A stretch of 64,000 nt of DNA from Bugula neritina (Eukaryota > Animalia > Bryozoa): assembly GCA_964035545.1 (NCBI GenBank), contig OZ037766.1, positions 7,554,722 to 7,618,721 on the forward strand, in the 5' to 3' direction. The position numbers and the translations under genes are program-made. Numbering within the stretch: position 1 is the first letter of the stretch; each line of letters opens with the position of its first letter. The notes below the pieces were generated by a model. It saw only the letters and a program-made list of their open reading frames with translations. It did not search any database and was not told where the DNA came from. Below, in pieces: positions 52,102-64,000 of this stretch.

Positions 52102-55100
52102 CTAATAAATATCAGGCTCAGTGATATTTATTATTGGAGAGTCTGCATATTGTACTGAGTCCCGAACTCCCTCTCTTACTGTGGGTGTCATATAATCTCC
52201 TGATGCAGCATCTGCTCTACTGCGCTCACCCAATTCAATTGTATACGAATATTCTCCAGGTGGGCTCTGTTTACTCTCCAGTAATTTAATAGATTGTAGA
52301 AGCTCACTAAAGTGTGGCCTATTCTCTGGATTGGCACTCCACATCAACCTCATTAGGTCATATCTGTAACGAAATAACTTCACATTTACTGCTGCACTGT
52401 GATTTCTGCAGTTAGCTATTCGGGGCATATTATATTTATCAGATGGTAATATTCAAACAAGAGATTAACATGCAGTTGCTTAGAATATTTGTTCAGGCCT
52501 CACCACATACAATTGATAATACTCATAACTGACACTATCAACTGGTTATACTCACAATTGCTGAGATAAATTGTCAGGTTTAGAAAGTCTATAACCAGTT
52601 TCCAGACATTCTTGTAGAACTGACAAGTTGCCAATGGCTGGGTACGGAGAACTGCCATTAGTGAAGAGTTCCCAAATGGTTACCCCGAATGACCACTGGA
52701 ATAAAGATTTTTACTCTGATTAATCTTATTTCTAGAGAGAGAGAGAGCAAATCTTAAAACAACTTCTATCCTGTATTTTACCCAGTAAATTTAAGTTAGA
52801 GTTGTCAACCCGAGGAATTGAAATGAGTTCTAGTATTAAAATCATGTTCTGAAGAATTTCCCTAAGACTTGTAAATAACTGATCTGTAGAGATGCTATTA
52901 GATTGAGTTCTATGCATTACTTATGTACTTAAAATGTACATCAGCTCACCACATCGGATTTGTGTGTAAATGTTCCTTGCTTTATGCATTCAGGAGCCAG
53001 CCACTTCCATGGCAACTGCTTTTCAGTGACATCTGAACACTCGTATACTCTGCTGTCATATATATCTCTGGTTAATCCAAAGTCACTTATTTTTATTACA
53101 TACAGCTCACTCACCCTGAAAGTGAAATTAAAGGTAATTTAATTTTCATAGTATTCAACTTTTCACAACATTGAGATAGAATATTTCATACCATACAATA
53201 AGTTAATAGCTTCCAATTCAAAAACGATTAGCAACTTTAACATTTCAATTATTATTTATGTAATAAAAATATTTTATTTACAAGTACAAAGTTACACACA
53301 TACTTAAAAAATAGATGTACATTTCATGTAGCATGTTATATATGTACATTTTGGTTATTTCAAATTTCATAATATGTATTGTATTTCAGATAGATTACAT
53401 GTCATTGTAGTTTAAAAAATGCTCTGGTTTTTTATGTGGTTTGAATGAATTCCTGTTGAACTCTGGAGAATATTTAAACTCACAAGCAGTTACGTAATGC
53501 TATGTCTCTGTGCACGAACTTCATTCTCTCAAGGTACTCCAGTCCCGCTGCAATCTGCACCACAAAACTCATCCGATCCGTTTCACTGAATTTCTTCAAC
53601 ATAAAAATAAATAAAGTATAATTGGTAATGAGAACAGCTGCTTTTTTAATTTGTGACTCAAACTTAATAAACAGTTAAATAAAAAGTATTTCTAACAAAT
53701 GAACTCAACACATTGCTACCCGCATGCCATGTTTCATCAGTAAATGTTGCAGATAAATACCAAACTGTGAGGTTCTAAAAGAACTAATGATAGTTAAATA
53801 GTAATGCTAATAATGTTCAAACACATGACATATGCTATTCAGCCCAATTCCTATATCATTAAACATAATTATATGTATATTGTCTACAAGCAATCAATTA
53901 TTGTTATTGCAAACTTAAAATGCTTGTGACCTAACCATATACACAATCAAAGTACCAAACTTAATTTTCTTATATCTATACATGACTATTAATAAACTTT
54001 AAGCTAACCCTACAGCACATGAATAAAGCAACTTGAAATTTTTGTATTTGTAGTTTGTTGAAAAAGTTACAATAATAGTTTGATTTTTTGGCACTAGCAT
54101 ATAATATTTTAGTTATTGTCAGTTTTTCCTCAATTTCTAGTAAACCAATGAAATTGTAATAATTGAAACGAATGTAGCTATCAACAACTGCAAAACTAGT
54201 AAACAAGTTGTTGAGAAAATATGTTTGAAGCAATGTTGCCATAAATCTTACTTCAACTTTTGAAGCCCTAGCTTACCATGATACGGTTTAAGTGCATTCA
54301 AGACTAATTTGATATATCTGGTGAGTTTTAGGTGCACTAAGCTACTCGAAGGTACACAATCTTAGTCCTCACCATTTCACTCCTTTTGACCAGATCCAAC
54401 AGACTGCCTTTTCCCATATAAGGGCAGACAACTGCTGGGGATTCATCATTTTCCCAAATTAAGCCAATAAGGTTGATTACATTGATGTGATCAAATTGAC
54501 TCATGGTGTAGGCCTCTCGGAGGAAACTATGCACCTCTTCCTCATACTTTTCTCTGTTAGGATTCCTAATAGTCTTTATAGCTACTAACTTATATTTGGA
54601 GAGATTGGCGTCTGTAAAGTATTTAGCCTTTCTGATAACTCCGAACTGACCTGAAAAAAGGCAAGAGTGTAATTATATACTCCATTTATTCTACTACTGT
54701 ATTGTAAGAACATGTATAAGGCTCTAAGATATCCCTCAATATGTTTCACAGTTATACTGCAAAACGCTACTAAATCAAATTAATATAATTTTAATATGAA
54801 CTAAAGCTTACAACTGTTCATACTACCAGCAAATTTTAATGGCACTACTGAATAAACTCATTTTATTAAATAGCATGCTGAACTAAGCTCAAAATGCTAT
54901 GTTAAAAAGCCTTTGTTACAATAAGCTTGATAGATCCTATAATCATAATCTCAATTAGTCGATAACCATATTGACACTAAATGAACTGGTAATTAAATTA
55001 TTTAATAATACGTAATTATATATAATAAATATAAATATATATGTAATAATATATCTCAACTATGTTTTTGTAGTGAAGTGCAGGTAATACCTGCTTTAAT

Positions 55101-58100
55101 TTTATAGGCTTTAAAGGTAAATGTCAGTGGTCTCACTATTTGTGGTTTGCAATGTTTCATTATATATGGGTGACAGTTGTTGTTGTAAGTTTATATGCTG
55201 ATTTATTCTTATAGTTTTGTCGTTTCTGTAACATTTTTATACAAGTTGAATTCTAGTGTTTATTATGCCAGAATGAAATCAATTTATATAAAGCATAAAG
55301 CAGTTTGCTTTTTTTCTCTCTGTGTGGTACATTGAACATTCAAATCACCTTATAAGATGCCACTGCAGAGCTCTGTTGAAAAATCAAGTCTTTTTAGTTA
55401 AATCAATAAAGATAATAAGTTGTTAGCAAATAATTGTTTAACATAGCTGCTCCCTCATATACATTTGTTAAAATTTTTGTAGCTAGCAAATGAGAAAAAT
55501 AAGTTTTCAGTAAAAAAGGCCGAGTTTTATTGTAACTCATCTGAAATTTTGTTTATGATTGTCATATTTGCTGAGTGCAGCCTTCACTCATTTCTCAAAT
55601 TGCCAACACATCACTGTTTTCAACCAGCGTATAACATTTGCTTATTGCCATTAACTATTAGAGTTATCCTCTCAAATGCAAATTATTAAATCTAGTTATA
55701 TGAATATATGCATAAGTGTCATGACAACCACAAAGAATTTGTTGCTTAATAGAATGAAGCTCTAGTCCAAATTTTTGCAACCTATTTTGGTGGCATTATA
55801 TAATTTAGATCTCATTTATGGTAGCACCATCAACTATATACTTTATAGAGGGCACCTTGCAGTACCTTGTAAGATTGTCATTCTAAAAATATGTTTTACA
55901 GTGTAGCATGAAGGTGCAGTCATCTGGTGAACCAACGTTACAGCTCTTTAAATAGTATAATTTATTCAAGTGTAACTAGCTTGTTGTGTAAGCATAGACA
56001 CCGATGACAATATCATGATTGATAGACATACCCCTGCCTATTTCTTCCATGACTTCTATATAATCCAATGGCAATAAGTGTTGTTTTACCATATTCTTTA
56101 TTTCTTCAGAACACTGGTCCAGGCTAAAAGCTGACTTAAACTTTGCCTCTTCATATGAAGCATCAGGCCCATAGTTATAGCTGTTCTCATTTCTTACTGT
56201 CAAACAAACTAAAATATTGTACTCTTTTCAGAAGTAAATATATATTCATATATGATTTAAATAATGAACTACGATAACGTTGGCTTCAAGGTGCCAGCAT
56301 TAAAAATATACTATTATATCTCATGACCTAGTAATATCCTGGTTTTTGTATTCTGTGACACGCACACCGAGTATTTATTGTAACAAGCTGAGTTTTATGA
56401 ATCCTAAATAAAATACGCTCAAATTAGCATACTGCTAATCCTAAAAGTGCTCCCCAGACCGATTGTCCTTGTCAGAGTCGTTTCTGCTTATCTGAACATG
56501 AGTTATATGACTCACCTCCCAAACCAATCTCACTCATGGATTCATGTTGTCTTCGTTTCCGCTGCACATACCAAAGCACTGCTACGATCATGGCGACTAT
56601 AATGACCGTGCTTACCACAACTGGCACTACTATTGCTGTCACGGAAGCAGTGGTGGTGGTGGAAAATGTTGTAGCTAAATTAATAAAAGCAAGTTTTTGT
56701 TGCATGCAAGCTCATGTTAACAAGTATCTTGCACTTTCTACTTCATCGTTTAATAACATTTTTAAGAAACTAACATTGATTTGGTTTTGGTGGTGGTGGT
56801 GGATCAGCCACACCACATTGATCTACCATCCACTTGGCGTACTGTATGATATCAGGCGCTTGAGGCCGTAAGGAGCATGCGTCCTCTCCAAATGCGTGTG
56901 TAATGCCGTAATCAACGCAGAGCCTGTCTTCTAGTGCACCACGCCCACAATCTACATCTCTGTCAGAAATAACGTGATTGAACACACAGTTCCTGGCGCA
57001 TTGATCGTCGAAAGCACACTCTTTCCAGTCAGTGGCTGTCACATCTACCAGTTAACATATTGCACATCCTAGTATTTTGGTATGCCCAATACATCAACTT
57101 CATATCAATCCATGTTTATAATGGTAAGATATTGTCATGCTATTCTAAACATTGCTATGAAAGGAAAATTTGCAAAATATTTCCTGCTATGAGTCATTAA
57201 AACGCCAATTATCAATATATAGCATATAGCAGAAAATATTTTAGTTTTTTTTACTTCTAATTCTTGGGCCAGTCCGGCTGGTGCATCTCTCGTAGTAGAA
57301 CTCTGATATAGAGTATTCTCCACATGTCTCTCTTTCACTCGGAAGGGCTTTTGGCCAATCATGAATTATACATTCGCCTAGTACTGCAGGATTCACTGGT
57401 TTATTTAGCTCTACCTAAGAGGAGTTTAAACTTTAAAGTAATAAAAGTTAATATTAGTGATTATAATATGTAAAATGAGGTTTATTGGAATTGTTTGCTA
57501 GGTGTCTTGAAATAGGGTCAACTCTAATGTGAAATATTTGGCATTAACCTATCAAAATGCTTCTTTTAAATGATTCCTTGAAATATTGGCACCAAAGTTG
57601 TGGTAAACTTGTTTTTTGTAAATTTTGAAATAATCACATAGCTGAGTATAATAGCATCACCATTTAGGTGCAGTAGTAGAAAACTTTCCAGATGCCTGAG
57701 TTCTTTAGTTTTCTTTAAACAAATTTTGTTTACTGCATTTCTAATCTAGAAGACAGGCTTTATTTAATTTCTCCATTGCTGCACCTACCTCATCAAAATC
57801 TGCATTTGCTTTAAAAATAATTTGCTTTGAAAACATTTGCTTTAAAGTAGTGCTTTTGGCTCAAAAATCAAGTTTTAGTTTAAGCTGACAAATGCTACGA
57901 GATATTGGTTGACAGAAGAGCCAAAAAGCCAATGCGGAAGTAAGTAAAAGCACAGGTATGATTGGAGTTATGACCTTTGTTACTGCAGCACGTCAGCCCG
58001 AGAGTATACTTACAGTTCTTATGCAGTTTAAGCAGCCAGCAGTAATTACGGGCAGCACTGAAAATGTAAATACATAACATCAAGTATACAGTCTTATAGA

Positions 58101-58382
58101 GAACAGCATTAATGTTGTTACAATCACACAGTTCTGTGAAATACTATAAGTACAAGTATAGACTCGTGATGGGTCTGTTGTACTAATTAGTAAAAAAGTA
58201 TATTCTGTTGAAATGCTTCTTGCAAGCATGACTATACAATATTGTCACACCTGACTTGTAGCTAGTTAATACACATCACTTGATACTGAAACCTTCTCTA
58301 GTTACTTGCCAGCTATTGCCAACAATATGGCGATTGAGTTCATCAACACAATAGTGTGTCGAAAGTATGAGCATTGCACCAT
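52102..58382 (-). CDS. Receptor tyrosine kinase (MET/RON-like kinase) with an extracellular i-type lysozyme/destabilase-like domain
   Basis: Exons 58382-58310, 58057-58014, 57414-57255, 57044-56775, 56674-56516, 56196-56032, 54650-54373, 53593-53484, 53115-52950, 52695-52556, 52363-52102 join in phase to 608 aa. Signal peptide; Cys-rich ectodomain; TM (AIVVPVVVSTVIIVAMIVAVLWYV-QRKRR); kinase motifs IGRGQFG, VAIK, HRDIALRN, DFGLTRDIY, LPWKWLAPE, SDVWSFG. Exon 1 requires a GC donor. Confidence 0.9.
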
Positions 58383-58579
58383 TTGACAGATGTGCATTAT
58401 ATTGCATGCAGTGGCATTTTCTGTCAACCAAAATTGTGTATGTACTTCAAAATGGAGGACATACAACTTCACAATAGACTTACTAAATATTTCTCTTCAA
58501 AATTTATCTGGATATTTAGGGATCTGTACACATAATTTTGCACAACATATTTTCATGAATGCCGCTAATATTACTTGAA

Positions 58580-58583
58580 CACA

Positions 58584-58622
<39 letters not shown>

Positions 58623-58645
58623 GCACACGCGCACACACACACATA
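58580..58645. repeat. (GCAC)n/(CA)n microsatellite upstream of the RTK start codon
   Basis: Visible directly. Confidence 0.95.
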
Positions 58646-60704
58646 CGAGCCACTGTTGGAACTCCTGTTGGTAGGGGTTTGCAAGGGCTGTATGCTCACT
58701 ATGCAAACAACACAATTTAATTGAACCTCTATTTGTAATAAAGGATCAATAAATGCTATTCCAGGCATCAGAAACTATGATTGGAAACAATCACAGTACC
58801 ACTAATATTTTACCTGGTTGTATAGACACATGTAGGCTAATATTTAACTATATAAACATGTCTACACAGTTTGTACAGAACAGAGTAGAGATAGTCCTTC
58901 AAATAACTTACAAACTACATGAATACTTTGGATATAAAGATATTGTAGCATTTTTGTTAAAGCAAACCTTTAATCAATAGTTATCAGATTTTATTGTTTT
59001 TAAACTACTCATATTGATGTTATTTGACAATAAAACTGTATAGTATTTCTGTATAGTTATTTATAATATAAACTATATGCAAGACTAACTTATACACTTA
59101 GTCATAATATAAGAGTATCTCAAGATACAAATGTCATTTTTTTCTTTGACATACCTTCAGTTTTCCACTCCATAAAGTCCAATTATAACAGAATTTCAAG
59201 GTCTTGGAATAAGTCAATGTAACATGATACAATAATATTGTGCTACCCAGTCTATACAATGCAGTGCGGTGGTGTGAATAGTGAACACTACTGGTCACGT
59301 TAGAAACACTGCTCAAATACTAGTCTATAACTTATTATGCTAAACCAAACTATCACAACCATGACGACACACTTTCATGTCAAGCGGAACATGATTTTTC
59401 AAATGTGTTGGAGTTCTTTTTCTAAAAATAAATATTAATGTTACGCATGGCTACAACATAATTATAGCGAATGAGAAATCATCTCACGTAAATCCTTATC
59501 ATTTCAACACCATTTGAGAACCACCAGAAACAAGCATATCTACTGCTCATAGGTTCAACACTAGCATTACTGTCAGTGGTTGGCATATCTCAGTTTGCAT
59601 TATACAGCACCTGAGGGACTTTTTTGTTTGGTTTAAATTCATAAATTTTTCTCCAATCATCAACCATCACAGCACAATAAACAAGAGTTAAACTGTGACA
59701 TGAGCTTTTGTTAGCCTCCGTGTTACATAACAGTGGTTTTTATAGTTAGTTTTGCAGGAGCTAATATGATGCACTGCAGTATTTATTACTTTTTTGATCG
59801 CTTCCAAACAAGCATGGCATACTTTAGCAGACCCTCACAAAAACTTTTGATTACCAACTATTTAAGCTAAGCAGTACTTGTACTGGTTTATAAATGCAAA
59901 GATAATATGTTAATGTCTATTTTAGCCATGAGCCAGAACTTTTGAATATCATTTCCTAAAGCATTTCAACTGTATCAACTCGCACACTAAAAATGAATAT
60001 ACCCACGCAAATAAACTAAATTAAATTTGTATACAACTATACCCTACCATGCCAATTATCGACTAGATGTTTAAATATATGCAATCAAATACCAAATGCA
60101 CTAGTTTGTGCATACACAGTACTGTGAATCTACTTCTATTTTGCCATCTTCATGTGGGCATAGAGCCACGACCAATGCCAGTTATATGTTATAGTTTGTG
60201 TACAGTTGAACAATCACCACGTCAGTTTCTGCCAGCATTATTTGGTTTTTATTAGTGTCATTTACGTTTCCAATAAACAAAATATCCTATTTATAAACAA
60301 TTATATAATTCAAATGAGAGAAAAAACCTAGCTTTGGAGTTGTATTCTCAACCTGCTATCTTGTGCCGTAGCCTTACCATAATCTTCACTATGACACTAC
60401 CAACAACAAGCTACTTTATGGATATAAAGAAAGTGAAAGAAGCAATACATAAATTGACTCACAATGTTCAGAGTTATTTCCCCTTGTTACTTTTTGCCAC
60501 CTATTTTAATATTGTTGTCCTCTGGTCAGAAATCGTACCTCGAATCTTTTATATCTACTTAACAGAGATAAGCCATGTTTACTTTCACATACGCATGTAA
60601 TATAATCAAACAATGAGACAGAAATAACACAAGTAAGGAGCAACTTGACACCATACCCTTTGGTTTTTTTTAAATTGAACACCAGAGTGAACAATTACAC
60701 AAAC

Positions 60705-63700
60705 ATGAAGGACAAGATGGAGTGCCAGTTGGTCTTTATTGTTCTTGTGCTAGCTCTGCCTCAGATATGTGCAGAACAAAACTTAATTGGTATGTATGCT
60801 TATCCATATAAGTAAGTACAGTACCAATTTCCTTTCACAGAAACTTAAATTTTTTTATATCGAAAAATATTGTTGAGTTGAAAGGAATTAATAGCTGTTG
60901 GCATATAAAGTGTTATCATATGTTTTGTTTACTATTTCTACTATATTTCAGTTAATGTACTAAATTACTGTGACTCAATTCTGTCTATGGCTCCCAACTC
61001 TAATGGCTATCTTATTGTAAAAGATCAAGGAACAGAGGCTATAGACTGTCTCATGGCTATTAAATCTTCTGCAGATAACGTCATTTCAACACGATTTCTG
61101 GTAAAAATATTTTTGTTTTTGAGTTTTTTAACAACGCACTTGAAATAAAGTAATCAACGCTTCAATGAGTTTTTTCAGCTTGACACACGAATACCAACAT
61201 TCATTACATCAGATAGCAAATGAGTGTGAACTGCATATTTTAGGAAATAAACTTTCCGTCATGTGACCAGACAAGTTTGGAGCTAATCTCAGTTTTGGGA
61301 CCATCAATAAATGATCAATACTCTGTCTTCGTATCCAAACCATTTTTCTGTGGTAAAAAAATGTCAGACGTGATCGACTTTGATCAGTATGGAGAGAGGC
61401 AGTGGAATATCTCACTGAGGTCGACTCCAAAGGGGGAACATAGTTATGCCAAATTCGCATTTTCAGTTCGTAAGCAAGAATTTTATCTCGCCTATTATAT
61501 GCTCAGAATTATTATAAAAATAGGCCCATATATTCAATAACAAAAATGGAAGCCAGCCCCACAAGTTATAATGCGAATCTTTCTTGTTAATGCATGATAG
61601 ACGTTGAATGTTCTGTTATGTCATAAATATATCGTGTCTTTAGATGAGCCAGACAGTCCAGCACAATTCCCATCAATTCAGAGCCCAGAAGTGTCCTCAA
61701 CAATTTCAACAACACCAACTTCAACAACACCAACTACAGCCGCACCAACTACAGCCGCACCAATTACAACCGCACCAACTACAGCCGCACCAACTACAGC
61801 CGCACCAACTACAGCCGCACCAACTACAGCTAAACCAACTACAGCCGCACCAACTACAGCTAAACCAACTACAGCCGCACCAACTACAGCCGCACCAACT
61901 ACAGCCGCACCGACTACAGCCGCACCAACTACAGCCGCACCAACTACAGCCGCACCGACTACAGCCGCACCAACTACAGCCGCACCAACTACAGCCGCAC
62001 CAACTACAGCCGCACCGACTACAGCCGGGCCAACTACAGCCGCGCCAACTACAGCCGCACCAACTACAGTTGCACCAACTACAGCCGCACCAACTACAGC
62101 CGCACCAACTACAGCCGCACCAACTACAGCCGCACCAACTACAGCTAAACCAACTACAGCCGCACCAACTACAGCCGCACCAACTACAACCGCACCAACT
62201 ACAGCCGCACCAACTACAGCTAAACCCACTACAGTTACACCAACTACAGCTAAACCAACTACAGCCGGGCCAACTACAGCCGCGCCAACTACAGTCGCGC
62301 CAACTACAGTTGCACCAACTACAGGTAAACCAACTACAGGTAAACCAACTACAGCTAAACCAACTTCAGCTAAACCAACTACAGCTAAACCAACTACAGT
62401 TGCTCCAACAAAGCCTCCTATTTCAACATCAACTACAGCAGTTGCAACAACAAGTCAAAAATTAATTTCAAAGCAGCCAAGCACAGCTAAGGCAGACCCT
62501 ACATCAAAATATACTAAAACGACACCACCAATCAAGAATACCGTTACATTCAGGTAAGTGGTAGCAAGTTACTGCGTTAAATGATTGGGCTTTTCTTAAA
62601 ACACTCTGTATTTTTCTTGGATAGAAAGGCTATGAATATTATGCCAAATAATTTTTTAAAAAAATTGTATGTGGCTGTGGGTCCAAGTTATCTAAACAGT
62701 ACGAAAATGTAACCCAAAGCTTATCATCACTTAGATAAGATAACATTATATTCCATGCATTATATTGAATATATTCCAATGTATGTGAGAATTAACCAAA
62801 TTTGTGATTGCAGTTTTTATAATTTCATCTGTCCAATGTTTACCACTGACACTAGGTATTAGTGTCTGTTGGAAACCCGAGTCATCACCAAACTATTCAT
62901 ATAATCAGTGAGTAAATGTTCTAAGCAGTTGATCTTGGCAATATGCCAGGTTCATTTCAAGTAAAATATAAGAAAAAAAACTAACGCAAAGCTTACCTGT
63001 ACAATAGCAATAAACGTAACAAAAATCATTTGAAAGTGAAATTTCAAAATAATAAAACTTATTAGAAATCTTTAGAATTATTTTTCCAGGTGTTCTTGTC
63101 CAATATCAATCACGGACTCCATTACCAAGTCAGCTATCCCTGGAGCTCCAATTGTTCATCTTGACAAATCATCACATCTTGTGTTTGATATAGCTGCAAC
63201 TGAAGGTGCTTCGTGTGGCAGCAACAGCTTAAAGAGCCAGTGTCAGCATCTCTGTTATAATAATGGTAAGTTATACACATATCTGCTGGTTTTCATAGCA
63301 ATATAAAGAAATGAAATTCTAAAGAAAAAACGTCTAACAACCCTACATTGAATTCTGGGAGTCAGCAACTTCACATACTGTCATACTCATCCTTTTAGTA
63401 AACTTATAACTCACACAGGGTGTTGGTTGCTTATATAATTGTCAACTAGTAATTAACTAATTATCTATTGATCTGGCATTCATATAATATTATATGATAT
63501 AAAATTATGCCATACCATATAATGTTATGTGTCATACCATATAATATTAAATATCATACCATATAATACTATATAATGTTATATGACATATAAGCATAGC
63601 ATGTATAACTGAACACCTATGAATATTACTTTACAGCGTACAAATTCTATAGACTCTATGGACCCAACAAAGCCGTCAGTATAAATGGAGCGTACAGTTT

Positions 63701-63705
63701 ACTAG
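60705..63705 (+). CDS. Secreted or surface protein: signal peptide, CUB-like domain, PTTAA mucin repeat, Cys-containing domain (3' end outside window)
   Basis: Exons 60705-60789, 60952-61100, 61244-61469, 61644-62553, 63090-63265, 63637-63705 join in phase. Signal [15 protein letters not shown]; four-Cys CUB-like pattern (YCD..GYL..DCLMAI..ISTRFL|[17 protein letters not shown]); Thr/Pro-rich repeats; then RCSCP...CGS...CQHLC. Confidence 0.8.
61728..62408 (+). repeat. Coding 15-bp minisatellite (CCAACTACAGCCGCA)n encoding [10 protein letters not shown]
   Basis: Roughly 45 tandem units visible, in frame within the mucin exon. Confidence 0.97.
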
Positions 63706-64000
63706 GTACGTCATATTATGTAGGCATTGTGTTTACTAAATAAAATGATGGCATAAATGTAGCTATCATCTAATAAAAAGTAGCATCACACCAATTTCAT
63801 TGTACCCCCATATGACTCGATGGTACCACTATAGATTTAACTATAGTGTAAGCTGTAATATATTAGTATGATTATTTACATCAAAAACATAGAATAATAA
63901 AGTGAATAATTGCGGTTATTTGTTCCCAATTCAAGTTTACATGTATTCTACATGCATCACATATAAATTACTCAAGCCTACTTATATCAGCAGCTAATAT

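Noticed and set aside
57135-57362. 75-aa minus-strand ORF in the track
   Set aside because: Wrong frame. The real exon (57414-57255) uses another frame encoding the lysozyme core.
61644-62465. Gln/His-rich and antisense Val/Gly/Ala ORFs; CRISPR-like appearance of the array
   Set aside because: Alternative frames of the 15-bp mucin repeat. There are no unique spacers or cas genes, and the context is eukaryotic.

Overview
AT-rich, intron-rich animal genomic DNA, probably a compact invertebrate genome; the species cannot be determined from the sequence. Seven spliced protein-coding genes alternate strictly in strand: KNDC1/very-KIND-like RasGEF (+, 5' end outside window), a metadherin/LYRIC-like membrane protein (-), eIF6 (+), a BAR+RhoGAP of the RICH/ARHGAP17/44 family (-), DGCR8/Pasha (+), a receptor tyrosine kinase (-) and a secreted CUB-like/mucin protein (+, 3' end outside window). 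A selenocysteine tRNA gene is nested antisense in a DGCR8 intron. Several MITE-like inverted repeats, a TTAA-flanked DNA transposon, LINE 3' fragments and microsatellites lie mostly in introns. The main finding is the kinase: manual splicing of small exons missed by the ORF track gives a signal peptide, a complete invertebrate (i-type) lysozyme/destabilase-like domain, a TM helix and a MET/RON-like kinase, i.e. a candidate peptidoglycan-sensing RTK. Other findings are an alternative DGCR8 last exon that would replace the Drosha-binding tail with a Q/P/Y-rich tail, alternative RhoGAP C-termini, and 6-bp-periodic tracts in the first introns on both sides of two bidirectional promoters. All gene models were built by eye and family assignments come from remembered motifs, not database searches.
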